Positions 38,516 to 49,459 are shown, counted from the stretch's first letter. The stretch is DNA of 64,000 nucleotides from Spirochaetia bacterium (GCA_963662795.1 OY759746.1:3488001-3552000); one strand, 5' to 3'. Made by a program: numbers and translations. The notes: generated from the sequence alone by a model not told the origin.

Positions 38516-39592
38516 ATGAAAATTAAATATATTTTATTATTTTTTGCAGCAGCACTTTTTTATTCCTGTAACCAGAGCGATGTCGGTATATTTTACGGAC
38601 TTGAAAACGAAGTTAAAATTACGGACAATTCGCTTTCCAATAATCTTACTATCGGAAGCATGGCAAAAAACGGGACAGAACTCTATATTGCTACAGGCCG
38701 GGTTTATACAAAAACATCAGGGTCATCCGAAGACTGGAGGAAAGTAGAAATCCCGTCGGGATATGATCTTTCAACCAGCCTTGCCGTCAACACCACAGAT
38801 TCAAATATTTATGCGATTTTTTTTGATACTGATACAGCCAACAAAGCCCTTTTCCGCATGTCAAACGGCGGAAGCTGGACAGAAGTTACCGATCCTGTTT
38901 TCGAAGGCAGTTTTGAGTATGTAAAAAGCGCAAACGGTTTTATTCTCGTTTCAACGCGAATCGATGAAAACAACGCAAGACTTTATTATTCAAACGGAGG
39001 TGCTTTTTCAGAAGTTGCTGTTATAGCAATGACAGGAAGCGAATTTTATGTAATTCACGATGGTACGGATTATTGGGTTTCCAATTCCAGCATACTTTAC
39101 CAGGGTAATAGCCTGGGTGCGATGACGACTGCACTAACGCTAGTTTCAACAGTTGAAATCAAGGGGCTGTCTGAATCATCATCCGGTACGTATATATATC
39201 TTTCATGCTGGGATAGAGACAACAGCGACGGTTACCTAATGGCAACAGACGGGAATAACGGGACACTGGATAAAGAAGGTGAAAATAAAACATATAAGCT
39301 TTTCAATCTGACAACCTTTACGGCGGAGGGGTACGAGTTCCTCCTCTGCGGTACAAACGGGTTGGGCTACCGGCAGATACTTTCTCCATCTTCTTCCGAT
39401 CTTGATCTTGATACACCTGATGATGATGTATTAAGTGAAAACTATTCATCTGCAATTGACCTGAGCAGCTGCTCAGTAATTGATTTTTTTGTAGACGGAG
39501 GCGATGACGGAGACCTGTACGCCCTGACAGCGACAACCGGGCTCTGGAAGAACTCACTTTCAGGAGGATCAAGAGTCTGGTCGATAGAATAA
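38516..39592 (+). CDS. Lipoprotein, probable beta-propeller (TP0136-like N-terminus)
   Basis: Lipobox LFYSC then 'GIFYGLENEV'; repeated 'LY.ATG/LF....GGSW' blade-like motifs. Confidence 0.65.
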   Translation: MKIKYILLFFAAALFYSCNQSDVGIFYGLENEVKITDNSLSNNLTIGSMAKNGTELYIATGRVYTKTSGSSEDWRKVEIPSGYDLSTSLAVNTTDSNIYAIFFDTDTANKALFRMSNGGSWTEVTDPVFEGSFEYVKSANGFILVSTRIDENNARLYYSNGGAFSEVAVIAMTGSEFYVIHDGTDYWVSNSSILYQGNSLGAMTTALTLVSTVEIKGLSESSSGTYIYLSCWDRDNSDGYLMATDGNNGTLDKEGENKTYKLFNLTTFTAEGYEFLLCGTNGLGYRQILSPSSSDLDLDTPDDDVLSENYSSAIDLSSCSVIDFFVDGGDDGDLYALTATTGLWKNSLSGGSRVWSIE

Positions 39593-39618
39593 ACAGCTGT
39601 TTCTGCGTTATTTTATTA

Positions 39619-40230
39619 TCAGAAGTTTTTTTCAAGAAATGAAAGAGCTTCCTTGAGTTCAGGATCTTCCCTGTAATAGTATGTTTCAAGCTCATCAGGT
39701 GTAAGCCCCTGGAGTTCATGACTCATGTAATGGATCCAGATATCCTGATCCTTGTTTTCAATAATATGTTTTCTGCAGTAATAATCCGGATGTATCGGCA
39801 GATTTTCTGAAGAAGAAGTAAATGCTTTATAATCGTGTACCGCGATTTTAATATCTTCCCTCTTAATCCCTTCAGAAAGAATTATATTAACAAGGTAATT
39901 AATAGTTTTGCCTGAATCGAATATATCGTCGATAAACAGTATCTTGTCTCCGCTTCTTAAATATTTAGGATCATATGTCCAGCCGTCTACCTTTACATTG
40001 GAGTTGTCCATAATATCGTTATAAGATCTTGCCACAATTGCTGCATAGAAAACAGGGCGTTTACCTTTTTGAACAATTTTAAAATATTCGCTTATTATAT
40101 TTCCCAGATAAGCTCCGCCCCTTAGAGGGACATAGATAACATCAGGAATAAATCCATCCTGATAGATTTTATGGGCCAGTTTTATTGCATTATTCCTTAC
40201 GACTGTATAGGGTAAAAATATTTTGTTCAT
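39619..40230 (-). CDS. Type I phosphoribosyltransferase
   Basis: PDVIY..LRGG and PRPP loop ILFIDDIFDSGKT. Confidence 0.85.
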   Translation of the reverse strand: MNKIFLPYTVVRNNAIKLAHKIYQDGFIPDVIYVPLRGGAYLGNIISEYFKIVQKGKRPVFYAAIVARSYNDIMDNSNVKVDGWTYDPKYLRSGDKILFIDDIFDSGKTINYLVNIILSEGIKREDIKIAVHDYKAFTSSSENLPIHPDYYCRKHIIENKDQDIWIHYMSHELQGLTPDELETYYYREDPELKEALSFLEKNF

Positions 40231-41624
40231 TATTCCTTACCTGTATATTTAAATTCTTTTATATATTCTTTATTCTCACGATAATATTTTACTGATATTT
40301 TATCTTTGGCGAGGCTTAATTCCCTGTAAAAATCCCTTGTATTTTTTACAGCATTGCCGTTTATCTCAACAATTACATCTCCTGCGTTCATAGATTCCAA
40401 AACGGCCCCTTTTTCAACATATGAAACAATTACGCCGCTTTCAACATCTTTATTATCATTTAAATTTATATATTTTTTATTCACAGTAATAACAGTTATT
40501 CCCGGCCAGTAAGTATAAGTCCTTTCGGCAAGTGTATTTTTCTTTTCACGCAATCCCGGCTTTAATTTTTTAACAATAACTGACCCTTCCCTGACAATTA
40601 AAAAATCAGCATCGCTTCCTTCTTCCGCCTCTCCTACCGCCAGCAGAAGAGAATCAACATTCGGAGTTTCCCTGTTGTTGACTTTCATTATAAAATCCCC
40701 GGGAAGAAGGCCGTTTATATCTGCCGGTCCCTCTTTGATTGTCTGAAAAACCATTATCCCTTTTTTATCTGACACATTAAATATTTCTTTCTCAAAATCA
40801 GGAAGATAGCCGGCAATAACGCCTATCCAGCCGTACCGGACCTCTCCAAAATTGATTAAATCATCAACACTTTTAATTATGTTATTTACAGGTATTGCAA
40901 ATCCAAGGCCTATGCTGCCGCCTGTAGTCGTTGTAATCCAGCTGTTTATCCCGACAAGTTCCCCTTTCATGTTTACAAGTGCGCCGCCTGAATTGCCGGT
41001 GTTAATTGAAGCATCAGTCTGAATAAAATCACTTATATTTCCGCCCGCATTGTTTTTTCTACCCAGTGCACTGACAATACCGGATGTAACGCTTGAATCA
41101 AACCCGAAAGGACTTCCTACGGCCAGCACCAAGTCGCCCACTTCAAGTGTGTCTGAATCGCCTTTTGAAATTACTTTTATATTGGTATTCTGCGAATCAA
41201 AATAGATTACAGCAATATCTTTTCGATCATCTACTCCTGCAATAAACGCCTCTGCAAATTCTCCATCAAAAAGTTTTACAGTTATTTTATCTGCATCGGC
41301 TATAACATGTTTATTTGTAACTGCGAAGAATCTGATCCCGTCCTGCTTTATAATTACACCGGATCCCAAACCCTCTTCAAAGAATTCTTTTTTCTCCTCA
41401 AATATATTACCAGGGGATGGTGTAAACGGATTATATGAAAAATCCCAGCCTTCAGGCGTCTGTTGTGTTTTTTGATCAACAACCCTGACATGGACAACAG
41501 AAGGAAGTACTTTTTCGGCAACAGAAGAAAAAGATATATTTCCTGTTAAAAAACGGGAGACAGAAGAACACGATAAAACCAATAAAAAATTCGCTGAAAG
41601 CAGATAAAAATACTTCTTATTCAA
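40230..41624 (-). CDS. htrA: HtrA/DegP serine protease with two PDZ domains (probable lipoprotein)
   Basis: GLGSGVI, TNKHV, DIAVI, IQTDASINTGNSGGAL; lipobox-like LVLSC. Confidence 0.93.
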   Translation of the reverse strand: MNKKYFYLLSANFLLVLSCSSVSRFLTGNISFSSVAEKVLPSVVHVRVVDQKTQQTPEGWDFSYNPFTPSPGNIFEEKKEFFEEGLGSGVIIKQDGIRFFAVTNKHVIADADKITVKLFDGEFAEAFIAGVDDRKDIAVIYFDSQNTNIKVISKGDSDTLEVGDLVLAVGSPFGFDSSVTSGIVSALGRKNNAGGNISDFIQTDASINTGNSGGALVNMKGELVGINSWITTTTGGSIGLGFAIPVNNIIKSVDDLINFGEVRYGWIGVIAGYLPDFEKEIFNVSDKKGIMVFQTIKEGPADINGLLPGDFIMKVNNRETPNVDSLLLAVGEAEEGSDADFLIVREGSVIVKKLKPGLREKKNTLAERTYTYWPGITVITVNKKYINLNDNKDVESGVIVSYVEKGAVLESMNAGDVIVEINGNAVKNTRDFYRELSLAKDKISVKYYRENKEYIKEFKYTGKE

Positions 41625-41666
41625 TTTTTTCTCCAGGCAATGTGCTTTATATATGTGCAGGATGTG

Positions 41667-42413
41667 TTAAAGGAAAGTCAATATTTCCGCCCTGTCATCA
41701 AAAACAGCGACTGTATGTTCAAAATGGGCAGACAAAGATTTATCGGCAGTTTTCACAGTCCATTTGTCTTCCATGACAATGACTTCATCTCCTCCAAGAT
41801 TTATCATAGGCTCAATAGCAAGCACCATCCCTGTCTTGAGACGGGGATTGGGGCCATTATTTATATAATTGGGTATTTGAGGCTCCTCATGTACACTGAA
41901 CCCGACACCATGTCCGCAAAAATCCCTGACTATGCCAAAGTTGTATTTTTTTGCATGGATAAAAATTGCCTTTGAAATATCAGATATCCTGTTACCTGTT
42001 ACTGCCATGGAAATTCCTTTTAAAAGACATTCCTGGGTAGTTTTCAACAGGAGCTGAACATCCCTGCCCGTTTGGCCGACAGGAATGGTGATAGCTGAAT
42101 CACTTATAAAACCATTTAAATCTACACCCAAATCAAGACTGACAATATCGCCTTCTTCAATAATTCTTTTCGATGGAATACCATGAATAACTTCATCATT
42201 TACCGAAATGCATATGCTTGCCGGATAACCCATATATCCCTTGAAAGCAGGTTTAGCGCCGCATTTAACAATATAGTTATACGCGATATCATCTATATCT
42301 TTGGTAGTAATACCGGATTTCAGATTTTCTTTGATTATTTCAAATGTTTCAGCAAGTATTTTACCTGATGATCTTATTTTTTCGATTTCTTTTTTATTCT
42401 TGAGTTTTATCAT
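41667..42413 (-). CDS. map: Methionine aminopeptidase type I
   Basis: CISVNDEVIHGIP, D.G...DSA, GHGVG..VHEEP, IEPMI, SAHFEHT. Confidence 0.96.
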   Translation of the reverse strand: MIKLKNKKEIEKIRSSGKILAETFEIIKENLKSGITTKDIDDIAYNYIVKCGAKPAFKGYMGYPASICISVNDEVIHGIPSKRIIEEGDIVSLDLGVDLNGFISDSAITIPVGQTGRDVQLLLKTTQECLLKGISMAVTGNRISDISKAIFIHAKKYNFGIVRDFCGHGVGFSVHEEPQIPNYINNGPNPRLKTGMVLAIEPMINLGGDEVIVMEDKWTVKTADKSLSAHFEHTVAVFDDRAEILTFL

Positions 42414-42864
42414 CTGCTGTCTGTGTTTTTCTATCTTTTGGATAGGGTTTTTTCTCTAAATCCTTGAAAAGTGATTCAGCTTCTTCACCAAAAGATTCAG
42501 AAATTATTTTATCAACATTATTGTTACCGGAAGAATGAATGATAACCTTACCGCTTGTTACTACGCCCTGTTCAACATTCAGCTTTGGAGTTGAAATATT
42601 TCCAAGCACCTTTCCTGTCGCAAGCAGATTTACTTCTTCGCTTGCAGTAATATTCCCTATTATTGTTCCGGAAACAGTTACTTTTCTTGCGGAAATATCT
42701 GTTTTAACTTTTCCTGTTGGACCTATTACAACCTGGTCATCAGTGCGGATATCTCCCTGGAATTTACCTTCAATAAGAACCGGGCCATTAACATAGAATT
42801 TTCCTTCAAAAACAGAGCCTTCGCCGATTATACAATTTGTATTCATATCATTTATTTTTGCCAC
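42394..42864 (-). CDS. Bactofilin (polymer-forming cytoskeletal protein)
   Basis: IIGEGSVFEG...IEGKFQGDI...IGPTGKVKTDI.A..V.VSG.I.GNI.A beta-helix. Confidence 0.9.
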   Translation of the reverse strand: MAKINDMNTNCIIGEGSVFEGKFYVNGPVLIEGKFQGDIRTDDQVVIGPTGKVKTDISARKVTVSGTIIGNITASEEVNLLATGKVLGNISTPKLNVEQGVVTSGKVIIHSSGNNNVDKIISESFGEEAESLFKDLEKKPYPKDRKTQTADDKTQE

Positions 42865-42914
42865 TTATTTAAAGCTCCTGTAATTAGAATAATTATAATA
42901 CACAATAAAATATA

Positions 42915-44618
42915 TCACTTATACAAACCCTCTTCAACTATTTTGGATTTATAATATTTTCGAAGGTAAAGAGCTGTAAGGGACTTGTTGCCGGTTTTTA
43001 CAGCTCTGTCGAGGGATGCTTCACCCTCTTTAAGCCTTCCGCTCCTTAAATAAGACAAAGACAGCATCAGATAAATATCACTAAGGTTATTCTCATCTAT
43101 AATGCTGTCCTGCTTTTCAACAGTACTCTTTAAAATATTATTAAATGAATCAACTGCAGCATCAAATTGATTAATACAGAGATTGACCAATCCAATGTTG
43201 TAAAGTGATTCCCAATTTTTTTTTAGCTCATAATATTTTTTGAATAGATTAAGGGAATCATTATAATTCCTTTTTGAAAATGCTAAAGCAGCTCCGTAAA
43301 AAATTGTCCAATCTTCTTCCTTATTTTTTTCTTTGGCTATGAATACGGAAAGATCGTCAAACCGCTTCAGTCTGTATAGTTCTTTGGCAAAATACAGTTT
43401 GAATTTTCTGCTCATTCTGTCATCGTTAAAATAACTCCAGAATTCATTTATATATCTGTCCTGATTAGATCTGCTGAAATTCCCGGATGGTTTATCTTTT
43501 TTGCCGGAATAAACAGGTTCTTCCATATTTTTCAGGGTATGTGGAGAATCCAGCACAACAAGGCTTTTATAATCATCTTCAGTTAAATCATTATCTCCAA
43601 CATTGCTTTTAAGAAGAGACATAAAAAGAAGTTCCCTGTCTTCGGGAAAAAGAATTACCGCATCCTCTGTTCTGTAACTCTCTTTTTTTTGTGCAATATT
43701 AATCCAGTCAATGTTTATATACGGTATCCAGGAAAAGGTTTTATCAGAATCAAGCACAATTTCATAAATAGTCTCAGCCTGATTGATTTTATCCTGATAC
43801 ATTAATGCATCTGCTAGAAGCAATAATATACCGTTATCCTGTATTTCCCCTTTCCCGTTATCATATATTTTAATAAATTCCTCTGCTGCATCGTTGTAGT
43901 GCCTGTTATCATAGAAAACAAGTCCGGTCAATTCACGATTAATACTGTCGATTGATTTGCTGTTTCTCAAAATATTTTCTGCCCTGTCGAATTCCCCCTC
44001 ATAAAGAAGTGAAAGAACATAATTGTTTAAAACAAGCGGTTTATCTGAAATTCTATAAAGCTTTTCATACAAATCAGGTTTTTTAATATTATGCAGAAGT
44101 GCAGTAAGATCATTATCCCTGATTTTCAGCAATATTTCATCATTACCGGTATTTTTATATATTGCAGAAAGAATTACTGAAAAAAGCGAACCTGGTATGG
44201 TGATTTTTCTGTTTCTTTCAAGAAGTGTGGCGGCTTTATCGTATTTTTTATTTTGTACAAGTGAATATATATATACTGTAAAAATATCCTGATCTTTACT
44301 GAATCTGGTAAATGCCTTTTCCGAAACAGAAATTAAAAGATCAATATTACCTGTTTTTTCAGAAATTATATATGCCCTCTTTAATATTCTCATGTAATCT
44401 GCTTGTTTTACAGCAAAAGACAATAATTTTTTTATTGCACTTTCTGCTGAGTCAAAAGCATTACGTGATATGGAGAGGTCAATTTTATTTAACGTTATAT
44501 TGAATTCTTTCTTTTTTACTGTATTGGTATATAGTAAAAAAGATATTATCATAATGACTATTATATTAAGAACAGACAAAAGAACGATAATACTTTTATA
44601 TTTTTTTTTATTTATCAT
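42915..44618 (-). CDS. Membrane-anchored TPR-like protein
   Basis: N-terminal TM and helical repeats (WESLYNIGLV). Confidence 0.7.
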   Translation of the reverse strand: MINKKKYKSIIVLLSVLNIIVIMIISFLLYTNTVKKKEFNITLNKIDLSISRNAFDSAESAIKKLLSFAVKQADYMRILKRAYIISEKTGNIDLLISVSEKAFTRFSKDQDIFTVYIYSLVQNKKYDKAATLLERNRKITIPGSLFSVILSAIYKNTGNDEILLKIRDNDLTALLHNIKKPDLYEKLYRISDKPLVLNNYVLSLLYEGEFDRAENILRNSKSIDSINRELTGLVFYDNRHYNDAAEEFIKIYDNGKGEIQDNGILLLLADALMYQDKINQAETIYEIVLDSDKTFSWIPYINIDWINIAQKKESYRTEDAVILFPEDRELLFMSLLKSNVGDNDLTEDDYKSLVVLDSPHTLKNMEEPVYSGKKDKPSGNFSRSNQDRYINEFWSYFNDDRMSRKFKLYFAKELYRLKRFDDLSVFIAKEKNKEEDWTIFYGAALAFSKRNYNDSLNLFKKYYELKKNWESLYNIGLVNLCINQFDAAVDSFNNILKSTVEKQDSIIDENNLSDIYLMLSLSYLRSGRLKEGEASLDRAVKTGNKSLTALYLRKYYKSKIVEEGLYK

Positions 44619-45027
44619 TCATTTCTTTATAAATACTGTCCAGAACGCCGTTTATAAAGCGGTATGACTCATCGCTGCTGAAACCGCGTGATATATCAAC
44701 CGCTTCATCAATTATAATATTCCCGGCTATTTCTTTCTGAAATAAAAGGGAATATGTACTTAGTCTTAAAATTGCAAGATCTACTTTTGCAATTCTTTTA
44801 AAAGCCCAGTTGTCTATGTGCTGCCTGATTTTTTCATCAATTTCAGAAACATTTTCAAGGGTTCCCTTAATCAGGAGCTTGGCAAAAACAATTGATTCTT
44901 CTGTAATTTTCTCTTTTTCAGTATCAAGCCATTCAAGATTATATAAATTCTCTATACCGGTTTTATTTATGTCCCAGCTGAAAATAACCTGAAAAGCAAT
45001 TATTCGACCTTTACGACGTGCCCCCAT
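44608..45027 (-). CDS. nusB: Transcription antitermination factor NusB
   Basis: RRKGR..AFQ, W.F.RIAKVDLAILR, IIDEAV, FINGVLD. Confidence 0.95.
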   Translation of the reverse strand: MGARRKGRIIAFQVIFSWDINKTGIENLYNLEWLDTEKEKITEESIVFAKLLIKGTLENVSEIDEKIRQHIDNWAFKRIAKVDLAILRLSTYSLLFQKEIAGNIIIDEAVDISRGFSSDESYRFINGVLDSIYKEMNDK

Positions 45028-45041
45028 AGTACCTGCAATTT

Positions 45042-46058
45042 TTATAAGTAATACTTTATTTCAGCATCTTTCCTGAGTTCATCAACAAGTTCTTCAACAG
45101 ATTCCTTGAATACATCTTCCTGCTTTTTGATAATCAGGTAACTTTCAATCCTCTGCCTTACCGTAGTATCAGACTCAGGATTTATTTTATCATCTATTTC
45201 CAGGATTCTCGGGTCATAAACATCATTCATTCTTATTATATGGAAACCCATATTTGACTTTATTACACCGCTTATCTGCCCTTTCCTGAGGTTAAATACA
45301 GAATCAAAAAAATCATCACCCAATAGTTTTTTTCTCTGTAAATCATCAATTCTCAGATAACCAAAACTGCCCTTGTTGTATTTAGAGGTAGTATCATCTG
45401 AGCTTTCTACAAGCTGATCAAATGTTTTGGTTCCATTCTTTATCTGTTTTTCATAATCCAAAGCTCTTTCTCTGGCTCTGTCATTTTCTTCTTTGGTTGA
45501 AAGCATTCTGATATCAACAAATATATGATCAAACTGCACCATTTTTGCAATAAAAAACTGTCTTGAATTTTCATCATAGAATTTTTTTATTTCCGCGGCA
45601 GTAGGGTTCGGTATATTTGACATTTTTTGGCTTTTTACTTTCTGCACAAGCTTTTGAAGTTCAATTGTTGCCTTGCTTTTTTCAGCATAACGTTCCCAGG
45701 TCACTCCTGTCTGCCGTCTTACAAGGTCTTTAAGCTGCTGGTCTGTCATGTTTGACGAAGCATTACCAAGCTGCTTTCTTACAGCATTAATTACTTCAGA
45801 ATCACTGACTTTGATATTTTCACGTTCAGCACCCTGTTTCAGCAGGACATCGCCTATCATCGTATCAAGAACTTCCATTTCGGATTTATCAATTCCATTC
45901 TGTTTAAGAAGTTCCACAGTCTGAGTCAATTGTTTTTTTGAGATAATTTCAGGCTTTGTAAGATTTACAGTTGCAGCCCTCTGGTCAATAATTTCCTGAG
46001 AATATGCAATACCTGAAAACAGCAATAATATAATTAATGAAAGTATTAATTTTTTCAT
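45042..46058 (-). CDS. SurA-like periplasmic chaperone / parvulin PPIase
   Basis: Signal peptide from ATG 46058 (MKKLILSLII...), HIF, S.D..S...G..G, S.MGFHII. Confidence 0.8.
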   Translation of the reverse strand: MKKLILSLIILLLFSGIAYSQEIIDQRAATVNLTKPEIISKKQLTQTVELLKQNGIDKSEMEVLDTMIGDVLLKQGAERENIKVSDSEVINAVRKQLGNASSNMTDQQLKDLVRRQTGVTWERYAEKSKATIELQKLVQKVKSQKMSNIPNPTAAEIKKFYDENSRQFFIAKMVQFDHIFVDIRMLSTKEENDRARERALDYEKQIKNGTKTFDQLVESSDDTTSKYNKGSFGYLRIDDLQRKKLLGDDFFDSVFNLRKGQISGVIKSNMGFHIIRMNDVYDPRILEIDDKINPESDTTVRQRIESYLIIKKQEDVFKESVEELVDELRKDAEIKYYL

Positions 46059-46065
46059 AATTAAA

Positions 46066-46398
46066 TTACTCTTTTTTATCTGCAGAACTGTCATTCCACC
46101 ATTCTGTAACTTCAGTTTTTTCAGAACTCTGTCTGTATGCAGCGCCGAGTACATCGCTTTTGTCTGAAGTTTTATTAATCCAGGCCAGTCCGAAAGATGT
46201 TAAAAGAAAAACGGCTGCAAGAATTGATGTAAATTTTGTAAGAACATTACCCGATCTTGATCCAAACGGAGTAGAACTACCACCTCCGAAAAGACCGCCC
46301 ATCCCTTCTCCCTGCTCATCCTGTATAAGTACCATAAGAATAAGAAGAAGGCATGATATTACAAAGACAACAAGAAGCAAGATTGAAAGTATACCCAT
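46066..46398 (-). CDS. secG: Preprotein translocase subunit SecG
   Basis: Two TMs, VLIQ...G.G.GG.FGG, LTKFT; follows tpiA. Confidence 0.93.
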   Translation of the reverse strand: MGILSILLLVVFVISCLLLILMVLIQDEQGEGMGGLFGGGSSTPFGSRSGNVLTKFTSILAAVFLLTSFGLAWINKTSDKSDVLGAAYRQSSEKTEVTEWWNDSSADKKE

Positions 46399-46416
46399 TT
46401 ATAATCACCTCAAATA

Positions 46417-47175
46417 TTATTTAACACTGTTAATGATAGCTAAAAATTGTTCAGCTTTCAATGATGCCCCGCCGACAAGGGCACCGTCAATGTTTTCCAT
46501 TGATAAAAGCCCTGATGCATTTTCAGCTTTGACAGAACCTCCATACTGGATAATCATTTTTTCAGCACTTCCGGCTGAATATATTTTTTTAAGAGTCTGC
46601 CTGATGATTGCATGTACATCATCAGCATCCCTGTCAGTCGCAGTTTTACCGGTTCCTATAGCCCATACCGGTTCATAAGCTATGGTAATCAGAGAAAGAT
46701 CTGCCTCTGAAACATCTTTAAGTCCGTTTATAACCTGTTTTGAAACTACATCTGCAGCTTTACCTGCTTCTCTTTCCTCAAGGGTTTCACCTACACAGAA
46801 AATTACTTCCATTTTTTCAGCCAAAGCAAGTTTTATTTTACTGTTTATGAATTTATCAGTTTCTCCGTATATTATTCTCCGTTCTGAATGTCCGAGAATA
46901 ACAGCCCCTACACCAAGATCTTTTAACATTTCAATTGATATTTCGCCTGTATGAGCGCCGGATTTTTCATTGGACATATTTTGTGCGCCGAGTATTACGT
47001 TTGTTCCCTTAACAATTTTTGAAACATCAGAAAGCGCAGTAAAAGGGGGCGCAATCAATACCTTGCATTTTGCAGCTTTCGCCCCTTTTACAATTTCCGC
47101 AGCAAGGAACGATGCATCTGCGGTAAGCTTATTCATTTTCCAGTTTCCGGCTATATATTTTTTTCTTAAAGACAT
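46417..47175 (-). CDS. tpiA: Triosephosphate isomerase
   Basis: AGNWKMN, GHSERR, AYEPVWAIGTG, YGGSV, LVGGASL. Confidence 0.98.
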   Translation of the reverse strand: MSLRKKYIAGNWKMNKLTADASFLAAEIVKGAKAAKCKVLIAPPFTALSDVSKIVKGTNVILGAQNMSNEKSGAHTGEISIEMLKDLGVGAVILGHSERRIIYGETDKFINSKIKLALAEKMEVIFCVGETLEEREAGKAADVVSKQVINGLKDVSEADLSLITIAYEPVWAIGTGKTATDRDADDVHAIIRQTLKKIYSAGSAEKMIIQYGGSVKAENASGLLSMENIDGALVGGASLKAEQFLAIINSVK

Positions 47176-47187
47176 AAAAACTCCAGA

Positions 47188-48372
47188 TTATTTTTCGATT
47201 GCTTTAATTCCGGGAAGAACTTTTCCCTCCAGATACTCAAGAGAAGCCCCGCCTCCGGTTGAAACATGACTTATTTTATCTGCATATCCGAATTTATTGA
47301 CAGCAGCTACAGAATCACCGCCGCCTACAACTGTTATTCCCTTGGAGGCAGCTATCATTTCAGCGACAGCAATCGTTCCTCTCTGGAAATTTTTGAATTC
47401 AAAAACTCCCATCGGGCCATTCCATACAATAGTTTTTGCTTTCGCCAAATGTTCCTTGATTAATGCTAATGTTTTTGGGCCGATATCCATACCCATGCAA
47501 TCATCAGGAATATCGCTGCTGTCTATATAAAGGCCTTCAGCATTCTCATTGAATTCTGTGGCTACAATATGGTCTATAGGAAAAACTATGTCAACACCTC
47601 TTGCAGATGCAGCTTTCAGGAATTTTTCAGCAGTTCCAATAAATTCTTCCTCAAGCAGGGATTTGCCGACTTTTTTACCCATTACCTTTAAAAAAGTATA
47701 AGCCATTCCGCCGCCGATAATCATTGAACTGCAATTGCCAAGAAGGGATTCAAGAACCGCAATTTTGGATGAAACTTTTGCTCCGCCTATTACCGCTACT
47801 AACGGCTTCTGGGGGTTTTTTAAAATTGGTTCAAAAAAATTGATTTCTTTTTCAATCAGGAAACCTGCTGCACCTGGAATAAATTTTGTAACACCCTCAG
47901 TCGAAGCATGTGCCCTGTGGGCTGTTCCAAATGCATCATTTACATAAACATCACCCAGTTTAGCCAGTTTTTTGGCAAAATCAGGATTGTTATCTGTTTC
48001 TTCTTTGTAATATCTTACATTTTCAAGCATAATTATTTCACCAGGCTTGATGTTTTGGACAAGTTTATCTACTGAAGGCCCGATGCAATCTTCAGCCATG
48101 GTTACTTTTTTTCCAAGAAGGGCAGAAAGTTTTACAGCAACAGGAGAAAGGCTGAATTCAGCCTTTCTCTCGCCGCTTTTGGGCCTTCCAAGATGACTCA
48201 TAAGAATCACCGATGCCCCTTCCTGCTTGAGAATATATTCCAGGGTTGGAAGTGATGCAGTTATTCTGCTGTCATCAGTTATTTTGCCTTCTTTAACAGG
48301 CACATTATAATCCACCCGGACAAGAACCTTTTTATTTTTAAGATCTAAATCTCTTACAGATTTTACAGGCAT
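47188..48372 (-). CDS. pgk: Phosphoglycerate kinase
   Basis: [43 protein letters not shown]. Confidence 0.98.
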   Translation of the reverse strand: MPVKSVRDLDLKNKKVLVRVDYNVPVKEGKITDDSRITASLPTLEYILKQEGASVILMSHLGRPKSGERKAEFSLSPVAVKLSALLGKKVTMAEDCIGPSVDKLVQNIKPGEIIMLENVRYYKEETDNNPDFAKKLAKLGDVYVNDAFGTAHRAHASTEGVTKFIPGAAGFLIEKEINFFEPILKNPQKPLVAVIGGAKVSSKIAVLESLLGNCSSMIIGGGMAYTFLKVMGKKVGKSLLEEEFIGTAEKFLKAASARGVDIVFPIDHIVATEFNENAEGLYIDSSDIPDDCMGMDIGPKTLALIKEHLAKAKTIVWNGPMGVFEFKNFQRGTIAVAEMIAASKGITVVGGGDSVAAVNKFGYADKISHVSTGGGASLEYLEGKVLPGIKAIEK

Positions 48373-48382
48373 TTATCAGCTC

Positions 48383-49381
48383 CTAAACAAGTTTCTGGGC
48401 AAGATCGACAACCCTGTTCGAATAACCCCATTCATTGTCATACCAGGAAAGTATTTTAAAGAAGTTGGAACCGAGTTTCATTGTACTTGATGCATCAAAG
48501 ACTGATGAATGTGAATTGCTTCTTACATCAGCTGATACAATGGGATCAGAAGTATACTGGAGTATCCCTTTCATCGGACCGTCAGCAGCTTTTTTCATTG
48601 CAGCATTAATTTCATCAACAGAAACATCTTTTTTAAGTCTGAATGTCAAATCCACGATTGAACCTGTAGCTGTTGGAACTCTCATTGCAATACCGTTCAT
48701 TTTTCCATTGAGTTCAGGAATAACCAGCCCTATTGCCTTTGCAGCTCCGGTTGATGTAGGTATGATGGAAAGCGCAGCAGCCCTTGCTCTTCTGAGGTCG
48801 CTATGGGGCTGATCAAGTATAACCTGGTCATTGGTATAAGCATGAATAGTTGTCATAAGCCCTTCTTCAAAACCGAAGGAATCGCTTAAAACCTTTGCTA
48901 CAGGGCCAAGACAGTTGGTTGTACATGAAGCATTGGAAACTGCAAGATCAGTTTTCAAAAGCATGTCTTCGTTAACGCCGAGAACAATGGTTCTTATTTC
49001 ATCTTTAGCAGGTACTGTAAGTATTACTTTTTTTGCGCCTGCAGTAACATGATCAAGATAACCGCCCTTGGGGCCTGTCGCACCGCGGAAAACACCTGTA
49101 GATTCAATAACTACATCAACACCCAGGCTTTTCCAGGGAAGATTTTTAGGATCTCTTTCTGCATAAACCTTGATCTCTTTTCCGTCTACTGTTATAGCGC
49201 CTTCCTTTGCGTCTACTTCTTTGCCATATACACCATATGTGGAATCATACTTAAGCAGATATGCTAAAGTTTTTGGGCTTGTCAGATCGTTTATGGCAAC
49301 AATATCTATCCCTTTTTTTTCAAAAGCGATTTTAAAAACATTTCTTCCGATTCTGCCGAAGCCGTTAATAGCAATTTTCAT
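48383..49381 (-). CDS. gap: Glyceraldehyde-3-phosphate dehydrogenase (type I)
   Basis: INGFGRIGR, SNASCTTNCL, WYDNEWGYS. Confidence 0.98.
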   Translation of the reverse strand: MKIAINGFGRIGRNVFKIAFEKKGIDIVAINDLTSPKTLAYLLKYDSTYGVYGKEVDAKEGAITVDGKEIKVYAERDPKNLPWKSLGVDVVIESTGVFRGATGPKGGYLDHVTAGAKKVILTVPAKDEIRTIVLGVNEDMLLKTDLAVSNASCTTNCLGPVAKVLSDSFGFEEGLMTTIHAYTNDQVILDQPHSDLRRARAAALSIIPTSTGAAKAIGLVIPELNGKMNGIAMRVPTATGSIVDLTFRLKKDVSVDEINAAMKKAADGPMKGILQYTSDPIVSADVRSNSHSSVFDASSTMKLGSNFFKILSWYDNEWGYSNRVVDLAQKLV

Positions 49382-49414
49382 ATTTTCCTCACCTTGTTTA
49401 ATATTTTCAGAATA

Positions 49415-49443
49415 ATAATAGTCAAAAGATATTCGATTGTCAA
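49415..49443 (-). promoter_or_regulatory. Putative sigma70 promoter of gap-pgk-tpiA-secG
   Basis: Minus strand TTGACA-N17-TATTAT. Confidence 0.65.
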
Positions 49444-49459
49444 TTAAGCAGGATAACTG

